From Escherichia phage LHE287: DNA of 64,000 bases. The stretch lies in sequence record PP761450.1. The stretch is one strand, 5' to 3'. The translations under genes were made by a program, and so were the position numbers. Below, in pieces: positions 18,141 to 27,440 of the stretch. Position 1 is the stretch's first letter, and each line of letters opens with the position of its first letter. The notes beneath the pieces are model-generated. The model searched no databases. It saw only the letters and a list, made by a program, of their open reading frames with translations, and was not told the DNA's origin.

Positions 18141-18868
18141 TATTCTGTTTCTCCTTCGGTTTCGTCTAGGCCGAATTGGGTATTGCCGAAGTCCTGATCT
18201 AAATTTTCTTCGACCTGCGCTGGTGTCGTATTCTTAGCCTGCGCCATGTATTGAAGTATGCCTTTCGCAATCTTTTTATTCGATTCTGCGAGACGAGCTG
18301 CTTCCACCTTCTCTCGTTCCTTCTGCCTTTGAGCGTCCTTTTTGTTCTCAAAGTTACCGATACGTTCACGGAAGTCCATGCCAATTCCTGTAGCATCAAC
18401 AAAGATCTCTTGTTGGAAGTCGGGATCGTCTGCCAGGCCTGAGAACCCACCCGCCTCTTCAAATGAGCGCAATTTAATGTACGTGTGCTCTTCTTCGATG
18501 TTCAGTTTACGGGCAAATGAGCGATCAGCACACATGGTCACCCAAGAGAAGAAGTTGATCTTCCCTTTCTTTCCAATGTGTTCGACGTCAAATGTGTGGA
18601 GGTAGCGCAGGATGTTGACTATTGCTTCAGAGACCATGTCTTCACGGAAGGGATAGTCGCGATAGTTGTAGCGGGTACTCATCTTGGTGATGATGCGCTG
18701 GACCTGCAGAGCAACATAGTTGGGGATCTTTGGAAGCCTGGTGCCTTCAGCCAGAGCCTTCTTACGAGCAGGGATCCAATCACGAAGGATACTGATGACA
18801 CGCTCGTTATCTTCGTCTGTGAAATATTTGACGACATTCTCCCCTCTGTCCACGAAGTTCATTCCCAT
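18140..18868 (-). CDS. gp55: late-transcription sigma factor (T4 gp55-like)
   Basis: position 5' of gp47 as in T4; segment IPNYVALQVQRIITKMSTRYNYRDYP...AIVNILRYLHTFD resembles T4 gp55 core; longer than T4 gp55. Confidence 0.6.
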   Translation of the reverse strand: MGMNFVDRGENVVKYFTDEDNERVISILRDWIPARKKALAEGTRLPKIPNYVALQVQRIITKMSTRYNYRDYPFREDMVSEAIVNILRYLHTFDVEHIGKKGKINFFSWVTMCADRSFARKLNIEEEHTYIKLRSFEEAGGFSGLADDPDFQQEIFVDATGIGMDFRERIGNFENKKDAQRQKEREKVEAARLAESNKKIAKGILQYMAQAKNTTPAQVEENLDQDFGNTQFGLDETEGETE

Positions 18869-18879
18869 TGTGATAGCCC

Positions 18880-19407
18880 TCAGATACCGATAAATTCATC
18901 AAAAGATCCAACAACCTTCTTCACCGAGATCTTGTCATTCTCAATCAGGAAGTTGCTGTCGTTTTTGGCTGCTGTAGCCCAGTCATCGGCAAGTTCGTTG
19001 CCTTCGTGTCCCGCATGACCCTTAACCCATTTTAGTTCAACATCACAAATTGAACAAACGAGATCATAGATTCTGAACAGATCTTTGATGAGTTCAACGT
19101 TCTTTTCTGGGAAACCCTGATACTCCCACTTCGTTCGCCATTCGGTGACACTCTTGATGGCATATTGGCTGTCAGACCAAATTGTTGCCTTTGGTATTCT
19201 GCGCTCACCCTTTCCTGAGAATGCCCACAGTAGCTTCAATGCGTTGGTCACACCCAACAACTCGGCGATATTGTTAGTGGAAGGGGGAGGTAGATGGCCG
19301 AAGAACACCTTCCATTGCATACCAGTTATTGGCCTGATGACAAATGCCCAGCCTGCGGCCTGGTTGGTCTTCGGGTTAGAACCCCCGTCAGAATAAATTT
19401 CTATCAT
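18880..19407 (-). CDS. rnhA: ribonuclease HI
   Basis: start set at MIEIYSDGG by analogy with E. coli RNase HI N-terminus; catalytic motifs SDGG, AELLGV, WSDSQY, GHAGHEGNELADDWA. Confidence 0.8.
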   Translation of the reverse strand: MIEIYSDGGSNPKTNQAAGWAFVIRPITGMQWKVFFGHLPPPSTNNIAELLGVTNALKLLWAFSGKGERRIPKATIWSDSQYAIKSVTEWRTKWEYQGFPEKNVELIKDLFRIYDLVCSICDVELKWVKGHAGHEGNELADDWATAAKNDSNFLIENDKISVKKVVGSFDEFIGI

Positions 19408-19409
19408 GA

Positions 19410-19417
19410 TATAAATA
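19410..19417 (+). promoter_or_regulatory. T4-type late promoter box TATAAATA (plus strand)
   Basis: exact TATAAATA 35 nt upstream of plus-strand ATG 19453; overlaps RNase H start region. Confidence 0.5.
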
Positions 19418-19452
19418 TCCCAAACTGGTTTTATAGAAAGAGGAATGAAACT

Positions 19453-20220
19453 ATGGCACCCCGCGCATATCGTTTCAGTCTCACCGCCCCGCAGATTGAG
19501 CAATTGCTCCTCTCTATCTATGATGCTATCAAGTCAGAAGATATCATCTATGATTATGCTGCAGGTGGGACTGCTGGACAAGTCGCAGCAGCGTCTGCTG
19601 TCAAGAACATGTGGTTGAAGCTCAACGAGATGGTGACAGGCCAAGGTCTCAAAGATGCCATCAACGATGCAGAAGACAGCAACGTGTTCACCGACTATTA
19701 TAAGTCTTTACTGGATCGCGAAGGTTGGAAATTTATTGGATCTCCAGCAGATGAACTTCAGCGAGGCGACATCGATACCTCGAACTTCACAGGTGGTGAG
19801 GTCATTCTACTTCAGAAGAACGCTTCAGGCAACCCGGAATTCCAATACTGGAAGCGAACCCCTGTTGCTGGGGGTGATCCTACCTTTGCATGGGCTTCGG
19901 TCTATGAAGGGAACTCCAATGATTCCAGCATAGAGATTCCCGTGGTTGGTACCAGCGTACTCAAGGACATCCCCAAGGCACTCTTCCATATGATCGAGTT
20001 CAGAGTGCATGTCTACGACGAGACACTGGGTCATTGGCAAGACACAGACGGGAAGGTAGGGTATCGTGGCGAGGATTTGATCTACAGTGTCTACAACCAT
20101 ATTCAGACCAAACCTCTCGCCACCATTGACTTCAGCCAAGATACGGACAATATGACGGTTTCTGTGACGTCGTTGGAACCGAATGTCAAGTGCCATCTGT
20201 CCTTCGTTGCGGGTTACTAA
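19453..20220 (+). CDS. hypothetical late protein (255 aa), plus strand
   Basis: ATG 19453 with GAGGAA SD; exact TATAAATA box at 19410-19417; stop abuts DinG stop. Confidence 0.55.
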   Translation: MAPRAYRFSLTAPQIEQLLLSIYDAIKSEDIIYDYAAGGTAGQVAAASAVKNMWLKLNEMVTGQGLKDAINDAEDSNVFTDYYKSLLDREGWKFIGSPADELQRGDIDTSNFTGGEVILLQKNASGNPEFQYWKRTPVAGGDPTFAWASVYEGNSNDSSIEIPVVGTSVLKDIPKALFHMIEFRVHVYDETLGHWQDTDGKVGYRGEDLIYSVYNHIQTKPLATIDFSQDTDNMTVSVTSLEPNVKCHLSFVAGY

Positions 20221-21935
20221 ACCTCAAACACGGCATCAGTGAACCAAGCGGGGAAGAACTCTGGGTTGCGCATCATCAGTGATTCAAAAGAAGAATCAAG
20301 GATGTACGTCGCAGCCCAGTCATTCACGCCCCTGACCGAACGCCCACACATCTGAACGATACGCAGTACCGCCATCCTGAAGTACGCCGATGGGTCCACA
20401 CTGTTGACGTGGGCCACCAGAGGATCACCAAGGTAATCGTATGGCACCTTGATCAAGATCTGAAATCGACTATAATCGCCTTTGAAGTCATACCCCTCTT
20501 CCATGGCCGGACTGGCGATGACACAAGGCGTCTTCGTCCTGAACGCGTGTTCCATGATGTCCATCAGAGCCTTACGAGTACGAGGAACGTGAATCATATT
20601 CCGGTACTTACTGAACTTTTGTAGAGCCAGGGCGCGGTCATAACTGACTGTGTGAATGATGCCAGACTGCCCAGGGTGGAACGCGATAATTTCATCCACG
20701 TATTCAGCCAGCTTCTTCATCTCGTAGTCGCCCATGTTCGCTGTCATCTTCATGATGGGCATGTAGTTGACTTTCCGGTTCTCAATCGGGATAGGGTTGC
20801 CGATCTGTATCTTGTGGTACTCACCCTCGCGGATACCCAGTGACCGGGCGTACGAGTCAATCCCACAAATGGTAGCCGACATGTGGACGTGGTAGTCACC
20901 CTTGCGGAACAGGCCGAACTGGGATACATCAGAGGCGATGACAGGCTTGAACTGAATCATACCCTTGTCCTTCTCCTGTACGATGAAAGTGCTGGCGTTG
21001 GTCTGCCCCATGATACCACAGTAGTCGCTGAGGTTGTGAAGATTATCAATAATATCAGACAGCTTCATCACCTGGGCTTCAGTCAGGCGCTCATCCTCTA
21101 CCAGTTCCTCAAGAGTTTCCAACAGGGCTTCAACCTTGCCGTGTAGTTCATCAAATATCGCATGCATCTCACCAGACAGGGAATACAGCTTGCCCAATTC
21201 ATAGTTCTCTGTGCGGGTGATGATATCCTTGATGGTCTCCACGATAGGCACTCCCTCGGGGATCGTAAGCAACCCTTCCACAGCCTTTATGTTGTATTCC
21301 ATGATCGTGTGCTCTAGGAGCGTAGAGGGCATTTTATGACACTCGTCAAGGATCAGCATATCGGCACGGTTTTCCGGCTTCATACAAATCGTCGTACACA
21401 TCTCCACCATCATGGCGGCGTTGGTGCAGCGCAGGGAGGAGACGTCGGTCCACTGTCGACGCGCCTGAACATATGGGCAACGATTCTTACTACAGTGGCC
21501 ATCACGGCATGCCATACGGCACTGAATGGCGTTGTAGTATAGGTCGGGACTGATGTGGCAACGGTAGTTCTTCTTGCCCTTCAGGATGTCTATCGCCACG
21601 GCTTTCTCTGCTGCATACTGATCCTGTAAACCTTTGGTCGGCGTCGTGATAGACGTGCGGAACTGACCATACGGGTTGTGCTCAAGAACCAAATGGCGAA
21701 GCACGTTATGGATGGTAGTGCCGATGAGGGATTTACCTACACCAGTCGGAGCCTCGATGATCACGTGTTTGAATTTCTTATTCACAAGGGCATCAATGGC
21801 TTCAACGATGCATTCCATCTGGCCGGGGTTGGCGGTGTCATACGGGAAGAACTCAGTGGCAAGAGACTTGATGCGGTCTATGCTGACTGGTCCGACGCCG
21901 TCAAGCGCCTTGGTATATTGGTTGAATGCTGTCAC
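20217..21935 (-). CDS. dinG: DinG/Rad3-family ATP-dependent helicase
   Basis: 572 aa; Walker A APTGVGKS, DECH box (ILDECHKM), Cys cluster CRMACRDGHCSKNRC; GTG start with AGGAGGAAG SD. Confidence 0.8.
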   Translation of the reverse strand: MTAFNQYTKALDGVGPVSIDRIKSLATEFFPYDTANPGQMECIVEAIDALVNKKFKHVIIEAPTGVGKSLIGTTIHNVLRHLVLEHNPYGQFRTSITTPTKGLQDQYAAEKAVAIDILKGKKNYRCHISPDLYYNAIQCRMACRDGHCSKNRCPYVQARRQWTDVSSLRCTNAAMMVEMCTTICMKPENRADMLILDECHKMPSTLLEHTIMEYNIKAVEGLLTIPEGVPIVETIKDIITRTENYELGKLYSLSGEMHAIFDELHGKVEALLETLEELVEDERLTEAQVMKLSDIIDNLHNLSDYCGIMGQTNASTFIVQEKDKGMIQFKPVIASDVSQFGLFRKGDYHVHMSATICGIDSYARSLGIREGEYHKIQIGNPIPIENRKVNYMPIMKMTANMGDYEMKKLAEYVDEIIAFHPGQSGIIHTVSYDRALALQKFSKYRNMIHVPRTRKALMDIMEHAFRTKTPCVIASPAMEEGYDFKGDYSRFQILIKVPYDYLGDPLVAHVNSVDPSAYFRMAVLRIVQMCGRSVRGVNDWAATYILDSSFESLMMRNPEFFPAWFTDAVFEV

Positions 21936-21981
21936 TTTCTTCCTCCTATGGGATTCGCCTATAGTTTACCCGATCCCCAAG

Positions 21982-22012
21982 AACGAAAAAGCCGGAGTAC
22001 AATGCTCCGGCT
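21982..22012 (-). terminator. rho-independent terminator after HU gene
   Basis: 8-bp stem AGCCGGAG/CTCCGGCT with T-rich flanks on both strands. Confidence 0.7.
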
Positions 22013-22063
22013 TTCTCTTTGCCATGCCCTGTAATGCAGAGCCTGGCCGCGCGTCAGATAGAA

Positions 22064-22342
22064 TTACTTGCCGTTGGCAGCGTTCTTCAGACCTTCGCCC
22101 ACTTTGAATTTCACAACGTTTTTCGCCGCGATCTGAATGGTCTGGCCGTTCAGAGGGTTGCGACCTTCACGCGCTTCTTGGTGTTTAACTTCGAACGCAC
22201 CGAAGCCAACCAGCTGTACAGATGCGCCTGCAGCAACTGCAGTTTTAACACCGTCGATAAAGGATGCCACTACTTTCTCCGCTTCGCCTTTGGTGATATT
22301 CTGGGTCGAAGCAATGTGGGCAACAAATTCAGTACGATTCAT
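22064..22342 (-). CDS. HU/IHF-family DNA-binding protein
   Basis: 92 aa; GFGAFEVKHQEAREGRNPLNGQTIQIAAKNVVKFK matches bacterial histone-like arm; GGAG SD. Confidence 0.85.
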   Translation of the reverse strand: MNRTEFVAHIASTQNITKGEAEKVVASFIDGVKTAVAAGASVQLVGFGAFEVKHQEAREGRNPLNGQTIQIAAKNVVKFKVGEGLKNAANGK

Positions 22343-22432
22343 CTGGATTTCTCCGTTGGATTAATGTTTACTTTCATGTTCACTACAAGAGGACTACATC
22401 TTACCTAACAAAACATATTGAATAAAGCGAAA

Positions 22433-22717
22433 TTATTGGGTGTTTCCTTTAGAGATGAATGATTCCATGTCTGTCCGGGAAATAATCGTTTCTACACGAT
22501 CTTCATCGATCAACATTTCGTTCAGAAGATCGTACCCCAGGACTTGTACATCACGCACACCACAAGATCGTTTGTTCAGTTCTGCCTCAACATTGAGAAC
22601 CCGCTGAACCGTCAGGCCACCAGAGGAGAACGGTACTGGATAGAAAGCAGAACACACTTGCGTGCTCCCATTTACGCTGTAACGAACCAGCAAGACATCA
22701 CACCATACACCAGCCAT
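22433..22717 (-). CDS. hypothetical protein (94 aa)
   Basis: ORF only. Confidence 0.45.
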   Translation of the reverse strand: MAGVWCDVLLVRYSVNGSTQVCSAFYPVPFSSGGLTVQRVLNVEAELNKRSCGVRDVQVLGYDLLNEMLIDEDRVETIISRTDMESFISKGNTQ

Positions 22718-22718
22718 A

Positions 22719-23381
22719 TTACACCTCCACCGCGTGAGACTTCAGGAGTTCATCAATCTCTTTCTGTCCCATGTATGAGAACGGGGTGCGCTGGTAGAAC
22801 GCCCAGAGTACTAACTGGACAACAGCACGGGAACGGGTTTCGGCCGTCATCACCAGGCCACTGAAATGAGGAGACTCAGCTGTCCATTGTATCTCTTCGC
22901 CCAGGTCTTGATTACAGGTCACCGAGATGCGGAACTTGTTGCACAGATTGTCGACTTCTTTGTACGCATCGGTAGACACACGAAGTTGTTCCGCATGCGC
23001 CCACGGAGTTGTGACGATTCTTTCACCCATCACTTTATCAGAGATAAACCAATCAATACATTCGGTAAACTCACTAAAATGGTCGATACGATAAATGCAG
23101 TCTCCCCCTTCCATAGAACGCATGGCATGATAGCGAGCGTCGATTTCGTTGTTGTGCATCGCGTTGAAGTCGATGAACACGCGACGCGCCAGCACAACAT
23201 CTTCTGGTTGAAGTGCCAAGAAATCGTTCAGGCGGCTATAATGGAGGATATTGGAACCGTCGTGGCCACGTGTGCAATATGCGTAATAGCTACCGATACG
23301 GGCGTGGGCAATATAAGACAACGGGGCGAAGAATAATCCGTCAGGATCAGGACCGACGATAATAGAATAAAGTTTTTCCAT
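22719..23381 (-). CDS. hypothetical protein (220 aa)
   Basis: ATG 23381 in ...GACTATATCATG leader-type context. Confidence 0.5.
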   Translation of the reverse strand: MEKLYSIIVGPDPDGLFFAPLSYIAHARIGSYYAYCTRGHDGSNILHYSRLNDFLALQPEDVVLARRVFIDFNAMHNNEIDARYHAMRSMEGGDCIYRIDHFSEFTECIDWFISDKVMGERIVTTPWAHAEQLRVSTDAYKEVDNLCNKFRISVTCNQDLGEEIQWTAESPHFSGLVMTAETRSRAVVQLVLWAFYQRTPFSYMGQKEIDELLKSHAVEV

Positions 23382-23437
23382 GATATAGTCACTCAAATGA
23401 AAGGGCAGCTTTATGATAAGCCGCCCGAGGTTATTGA

Positions 23438-24292
23438 TTATTGGAAATCGCCAACATACATGTTCAGCTTGTCGTCCCAGTTCAGAACGACACGGATCGT
23501 TCCGGTATCTTCTGGGAAGGTCAGTCTGTCACACATGGCGCGATTAACATAAGTCCCGCTCTGGTTGACGTTGTAGTCCTTGCCTTGCATGATACCAAAA
23601 CGCTTGAAGTCGCGAGTGACCATCATGTTCAGAGTTGTCCAAGGGATTGCATCGCGCAGGGCTTTGCACAGGATGATCTTACCATCCGACCTGAACGACA
23701 CAAACAGCTCGTTGGCGATACGACGGCGAGTAGGCGGTTCAAGTTCACGCAGGGAAATGAATTGTGAATTCTTTACCTTTTCTGCCAGCGTCTGTACTTC
23801 TGCTGGATCCGGCTTGAACGACTCCACTGAAGAGTCAGACTTCATCACAACGTCACCCTTGCGCTTCTCAACCAATTGCTCCACAGCCTTTTGACTGTAT
23901 TTGGACTTAGGAACAACCGCTGGCTTGATGACAGGGCTTGCATCTGGTTTCGCCTTTGGGGTACTCCGAGCCGCACGCAGCTTTTCCTGGGCTTCCAGAA
24001 TGCGCTCTTGACGAGAAAGCGGAGCCTTTGGGGTGATCTTCGTACTGAAGTCAGAAACGCCGACCCAGTCACCCTGGTCATTACGCTTGGCGACCAGAGT
24101 CAGTTTGTGGATGATACCCTGAAGTTTGCTCTCACGTAAGTTGTCGGCATACCAGAACTTCGCGCCCATCTCGAACTTCTCGGCGAAGATCACGCGAGCG
24201 TCTTCGTGTACCAACATAACTTTGGCTGCGTTGGGGGCAAAAGCCTTATTCTTTTCGATAATCGCCGCAGCGATTGTTTTGGTCAGGAGCAT
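23438..24292 (-). CDS. hypothetical protein (284 aa)
   Basis: ATG 24292 with GAAGGAA SD. Confidence 0.5.
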   Translation of the reverse strand: MLLTKTIAAAIIEKNKAFAPNAAKVMLVHEDARVIFAEKFEMGAKFWYADNLRESKLQGIIHKLTLVAKRNDQGDWVGVSDFSTKITPKAPLSRQERILEAQEKLRAARSTPKAKPDASPVIKPAVVPKSKYSQKAVEQLVEKRKGDVVMKSDSSVESFKPDPAEVQTLAEKVKNSQFISLRELEPPTRRRIANELFVSFRSDGKIILCKALRDAIPWTTLNMMVTRDFKRFGIMQGKDYNVNQSGTYVNRAMCDRLTFPEDTGTIRVVLNWDDKLNMYVGDFQ

Positions 24293-24332
24293 CACAGTGT
24301 ATTCCTTCAGTTCACAATGTAGGGCTAAAATT

Positions 24333-24662
24333 TTAACCCGAAACTTTATTTTGAAATCCGACAAAGTCCTGGGCAATCCCCCGGCAATACATCAGGTCTT
24401 TCTTCGTTTGTGGACTGTTATCAGCCGCAGTCAGCATCATGGGAAGATCCAGCGCATTCTCTATCTGATCAACACTGAACAGATCAAGGCGCTTCAGCTC
24501 TCCCTCGAAGTCAGACAGTAGGATAGATGTGTCTTTGTCATCTGGGTGGAACTGCTGATACGTCTCCATCCATGCCACACATGTGTTCAGTTTGGACGGT
24601 GGTGCGGCGTTTACACACCCGGCTATCAGTACCAACAAGAGCAGGATTTTACATTTCATCAC
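24333..24662 (-). CDS. putative lipoprotein (109 aa)
   Basis: signal peptide with lipobox MKCKILLLLVLIAGC; start overlaps upstream gene end. Confidence 0.55.
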   Translation of the reverse strand: MMKCKILLLLVLIAGCVNAAPPSKLNTCVAWMETYQQFHPDDKDTSILLSDFEGELKRLDLFSVDQIENALDLPMMLTAADNSPQTKKDLMYCRGIAQDFVGFQNKVSG

Positions 24663-25345
24663 TCGTTCTCCTTCATCATATTGTCACAGTCAACACGAGT
24701 CTGCTGGAGTTCGCGCGACATGCGAGGATCATCAAGGTTCACGCTCAGATTCGTGGCCAGGTCTTTCAGACCGTTCTGAACCCTGTCTTCAAAGTAATAA
24801 TCGTTCTCAACCAGCCAGGCTCTGAGACCAAGAGCGCGGGTGCGCCATTCCTTCTTCAGGATGCGATCAGAGGTCTGCGTGGCGCTGTATTCGAATACTT
24901 TGACGCACTGGTTGCCATCGTTGATGAGGTTCAGGTGACGGCGGCCTATCTGCACACCCTTCTGTAATGCCGGAGAAGGGAGCGAACGGCACTGTCTTAC
25001 GGTCATTCGGCCTTGGGTGCCCATACGCCCAGTCATGATCAAATCGCCAGCCTCCATGCCTCCACGGTTAAATTCGTCGTCATTGAGGTAGCCTTTGAGG
25101 TTATAGGCTCCCTGTTTGTAACGGTTGAACTCAATTCCGGCATTGACGACAGCGGTGGAGACGTTGCCTGTGTTCCAGAGTTCAGCGAAGTTCTCTATGG
25201 AACCAGACTTGTCGATGGCAACCGCCTGGGAGAACCCAGCACAATAGGAAAGGTCGGACCACAGTTTATCACCTGTGGAGTTCAGCTTGGCAGCGGCGGG
25301 TAATGCCAGACCAGCCAGCACAACCCCGAGGATTAAACGTTTCAT
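24659..25345 (-). CDS. secreted or membrane-anchored protein (228 aa)
   Basis: ATG 25345 with AAGGAGAA SD; N-terminal MKRLILGVVLAGLALPAAA. Confidence 0.5.
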   Translation of the reverse strand: MKRLILGVVLAGLALPAAAKLNSTGDKLWSDLSYCAGFSQAVAIDKSGSIENFAELWNTGNVSTAVVNAGIEFNRYKQGAYNLKGYLNDDEFNRGGMEAGDLIMTGRMGTQGRMTVRQCRSLPSPALQKGVQIGRRHLNLINDGNQCVKVFEYSATQTSDRILKKEWRTRALGLRAWLVENDYYFEDRVQNGLKDLATNLSVNLDDPRMSRELQQTRVDCDNMMKENE

Positions 25346-25424
25346 GGCGATTCTCCTTATTTCATTGGATGAAATGATAGGCGGCTCACCATGATGAGTA
25401 AAGGGATTCAATAAACTATCGTAT

Positions 25425-25874
25425 TCAGAAACGGGTATCGCTGACCGTTCTGTATCGCACACCCTGAAACTGTTTAGCGAGTTTAACAAATTCCATCGCT
25501 GGCAAATCAACTTTGTAGACCTTCATGCGCTGTTTGCCGTCCATGTTCAACGCAGCGACAAATCGGTGAGAACCGTCAACAACGTAATTGTCAGAAGATA
25601 CCCAAACTCGACCCATAGGTTTCTTATTTCTGATCTGCTTCATAATCTTCCAGACCTTCATTTTATTGATTTCGTTCTGGGTAAGACGAAGCGTTTTGAT
25701 GGGCACTTGCGCAGCATCTATGGACACGCCGTTGTCTTCAAGATATTTGTGAAAATCTTCTTGTTTGTCGGCATCGATTTGCGGCATAGAAGAACGAGAA
25801 AGCCCGAGGTTCCCAACAGGAATCCTCAGGCCGTTAATGATGTTCAACCAGTCAATAAAAGATGTAAGGAACAT
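25425..25874 (-). CDS. ParB/sulfiredoxin-like nuclease-domain protein
   Basis: 149 aa; DGSHRF motif resembling ParB-type DGxHR; GAGGTG SD. Confidence 0.4.
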   Translation of the reverse strand: MFLTSFIDWLNIINGLRIPVGNLGLSRSSMPQIDADKQEDFHKYLEDNGVSIDAAQVPIKTLRLTQNEINKMKVWKIMKQIRNKKPMGRVWVSSDNYVVDGSHRFVAALNMDGKQRMKVYKVDLPAMEFVKLAKQFQGVRYRTVSDTRF

Positions 25875-25906
25875 GACACACCTCGGGATATAGGGTTATC
25901 CCTTAG

Positions 25907-26107
25907 TTAGCGCATCCATCGATCCTTTCTCTCTTTCTCCTTGCGTTCGCGACGTTTCTGGTCGGATCGGAATAACCAATAGAAGAAGTTCCCACCCAAG
26001 ATGAAAACCACCGCGATTATTACTAGGACACCCTTCACAATTTCCCAAACCAATTCTTTATCCAAATTATACCTCTTCTTCTTCTTCTTCTTCAGGTCCA
26101 CCGTCAA
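25907..26107 (-). CDS. doubtful small membrane ORF (poly-Lys then TM helix)
   Basis: no ATG start (TTG/GTG only), no SD; overlaps upstream gene across (AAG)6 repeat. Confidence 0.25.
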   Translation of the reverse strand: MTVDLKKKKKKRYNLDKELVWEIVKGVLVIIAVVFILGGNFFYWLFRSDQKRRERKEKERKDRWMR

Positions 26108-26363
26108 TCAGGATACGAGCGGCGTCGAAAGTTTCCCCGCCCGTGTTCAGCAGCTTGGTCAGATCGTCAAGATATCGGACCGTGCCAAGATCAGATGACC
26201 GCGATATGAACTCCAGCATACCATACAACGCTGTTTGGAATCGGCTGTTATCGATATCGTTCTTTATTACCATCAGGCGCAAGATGTTCTCTGACTGAGT
26301 ATGGCCAACACACGCCTTGTCTCTGATCATCTCCTTGATAGAACTTCTCTCTGATGGTGTCAT
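26067..26363 (-). CDS. hypothetical protein (98 aa) with poly-Glu C-terminus
   Basis: ends ...GGPEEEEEEEV encoded by (GAA)6 repeat. Confidence 0.45.
   Translation of the reverse strand: MTPSERSSIKEMIRDKACVGHTQSENILRLMVIKNDIDNSRFQTALYGMLEFISRSSDLGTVRYLDDLTKLLNTGGETFDAARILIDGGPEEEEEEEV
26075..26092. repeat. (CTT)6 trinucleotide repeat, (AAG)6/(GAA)6 on coding strand
   Basis: reads as EEEEEE in one ORF and KKKKKK in the overlapping frame. Confidence 0.85.
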
Positions 26364-26734
26364 AACGTACCCCCGACAGAGATCAAGAACTCTTCTTGCA
26401 TGGTCTTGACCGGGTGGTGGTTGCGGGTTTCGAACATGAAGCCCCAGCCACCGTCGGCGACGTTGCCAAAGGTCTTGACGCCAAAGGACTTCGTCCCGTT
26501 GGAGCAGGAATAGATGTCCAGGACGTATGGGCTACCCTGATTGTCGATCCCACGATTCACGTCGTCTGATACGCAGCGCTCAATCATCTTCCCGTTCTTA
26601 TACAGAACGAGGTCTTGGCCATACGCCTTGAAAGCATAAACACCGTTGGTAGACACTCCGGTGATGACAGGAGGGGCGGAAACAGCAGCAAAGGAAGCGC
26701 CCAGCAGGGCAACAGCGAGGATTAACTTTTTCAT
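26360..26734 (-). CDS. secreted protein (124 aa)
   Basis: ATG 26734; signal peptide MKKLILAVALLGASFAAVSA. Confidence 0.55.
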   Translation of the reverse strand: MKKLILAVALLGASFAAVSAPPVITGVSTNGVYAFKAYGQDLVLYKNGKMIERCVSDDVNRGIDNQGSPYVLDIYSCSNGTKSFGVKTFGNVADGGWGFMFETRNHHPVKTMQEEFLISVGGTL

Positions 26735-26749
26735 GATATAGTCTCTTGG

Positions 26750-26778
26750 TTTCAAATAGACGGGGTAATCATACCCCG
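26750..26778 (-). terminator. rho-independent terminator after 26794..27033
   Basis: CGGGGTA-ATCA-TACCCCG then TCTATTTG on minus strand. Confidence 0.65.
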
Positions 26779-26793
26779 CCCAAAGTTATAGAA

Positions 26794-27033
26794 TTAACTG
26801 ATGTGCTTCAGAAGAGCGAAGAGGATCGCGGCCTTGGCCTTTACCTTTCCTACGATGCCTGTTTCGACATCAACTTCTTCAGCAACCCACTCTTTTCCCT
26901 TCTTGCTGATGATAACGTCACGACGCTGTGCGTAGACTTCTTTGGTCGCATACACACGGCGGAACCCTTTAGCGCGGAGCAATCCCCAATTGCGATCAAT
27001 TTCTACTGAGGTTTCTACCATTTTGTTCTTCAT
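26794..27033 (-). CDS. hypothetical small basic protein (79 aa)
   Basis: own promoter-terminator cassette (copy 1 of 57-bp repeat). Confidence 0.5.
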   Translation of the reverse strand: MKNKMVETSVEIDRNWGLLRAKGFRRVYATKEVYAQRRDVIISKKGKEWVAEEVDVETGIVGKVKAKAAILFALLKHIS

Positions 27034-27084
27034 GATATAATCTTACCTTTCAACCCGGTGAACCCATCGTTCGCCAGTTATTGA

Positions 27085-27114
27085 ATAATACGCATTTACC
27101 TTATAGAAGTAAAC
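27085..27114 (-). promoter_or_regulatory. early-type promoter in 57-bp repeat copy 1 (-35 GTTTAC, -10 TATTAT)
   Basis: minus strand GTTTACttctataaggtaaatgcgTATTAT upstream of 26794..27033. Confidence 0.55.
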
Positions 27115-27118
27115 CCCT

Positions 27119-27149
27119 AAAAGTAAAAATCCCCAACAAACGTTGGGGA
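27119..27149 (-). terminator. rho-independent terminator (repeat copy 1)
   Basis: CCCCAAC-AAAC-GTTGGGG then ATTTTTAC on minus strand. Confidence 0.7.
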
Positions 27150-27166
27150 TTTAATAAAAGTTATGC

Positions 27167-27391
27167 CTATTTAATTTCTCGGCTTGAATTTTCTAGTTCT
27201 AATTTTCTTATAGCGGAAATTCTGCCTTCATCAGTTGCGGGAAACTCCCAAACAGCACGACGCCCATTGTTGGTATCACAACTTGCCAGCCAGCAGAAAT
27301 TAGAGGGGTCCTTAAACAAGACCAACTTCGGATTTCCTAAATTGATGAGGTTAAACGGGGTGAGGTCAACAACACATGATATAGCAGACAT
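27167..27391 (-). CDS. hypothetical small protein (74 aa)
   Basis: flanked by both copies of 57-bp promoter/terminator repeat; GAAGG SD. Confidence 0.5.
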   Translation of the reverse strand: MSAISCVVDLTPFNLINLGNPKLVLFKDPSNFCWLASCDTNNGRRAVWEFPATDEGRISAIRKLELENSSREIK

Positions 27392-27440
27392 AACATATAC
27401 CTTCTTTCAATGAACGGGAACGCCCCGATCTATGAATTCA

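Larger units (their letters stand above)
27081..27149. repeat. direct repeat copy 1 (57 bp plus hairpin)
   Basis: 27081-27137 matches 27437-27493 with one mismatch; hairpin loop inverted between copies. Confidence 0.85.

Noticed and set aside
26075-26092. (AAG)6 repeat as a programmed frameshift site fusing the two overlapping ORFs
   Set aside because: Trinucleotide slippage preserves reading frame, and the downstream ORF lacks an ATG start.
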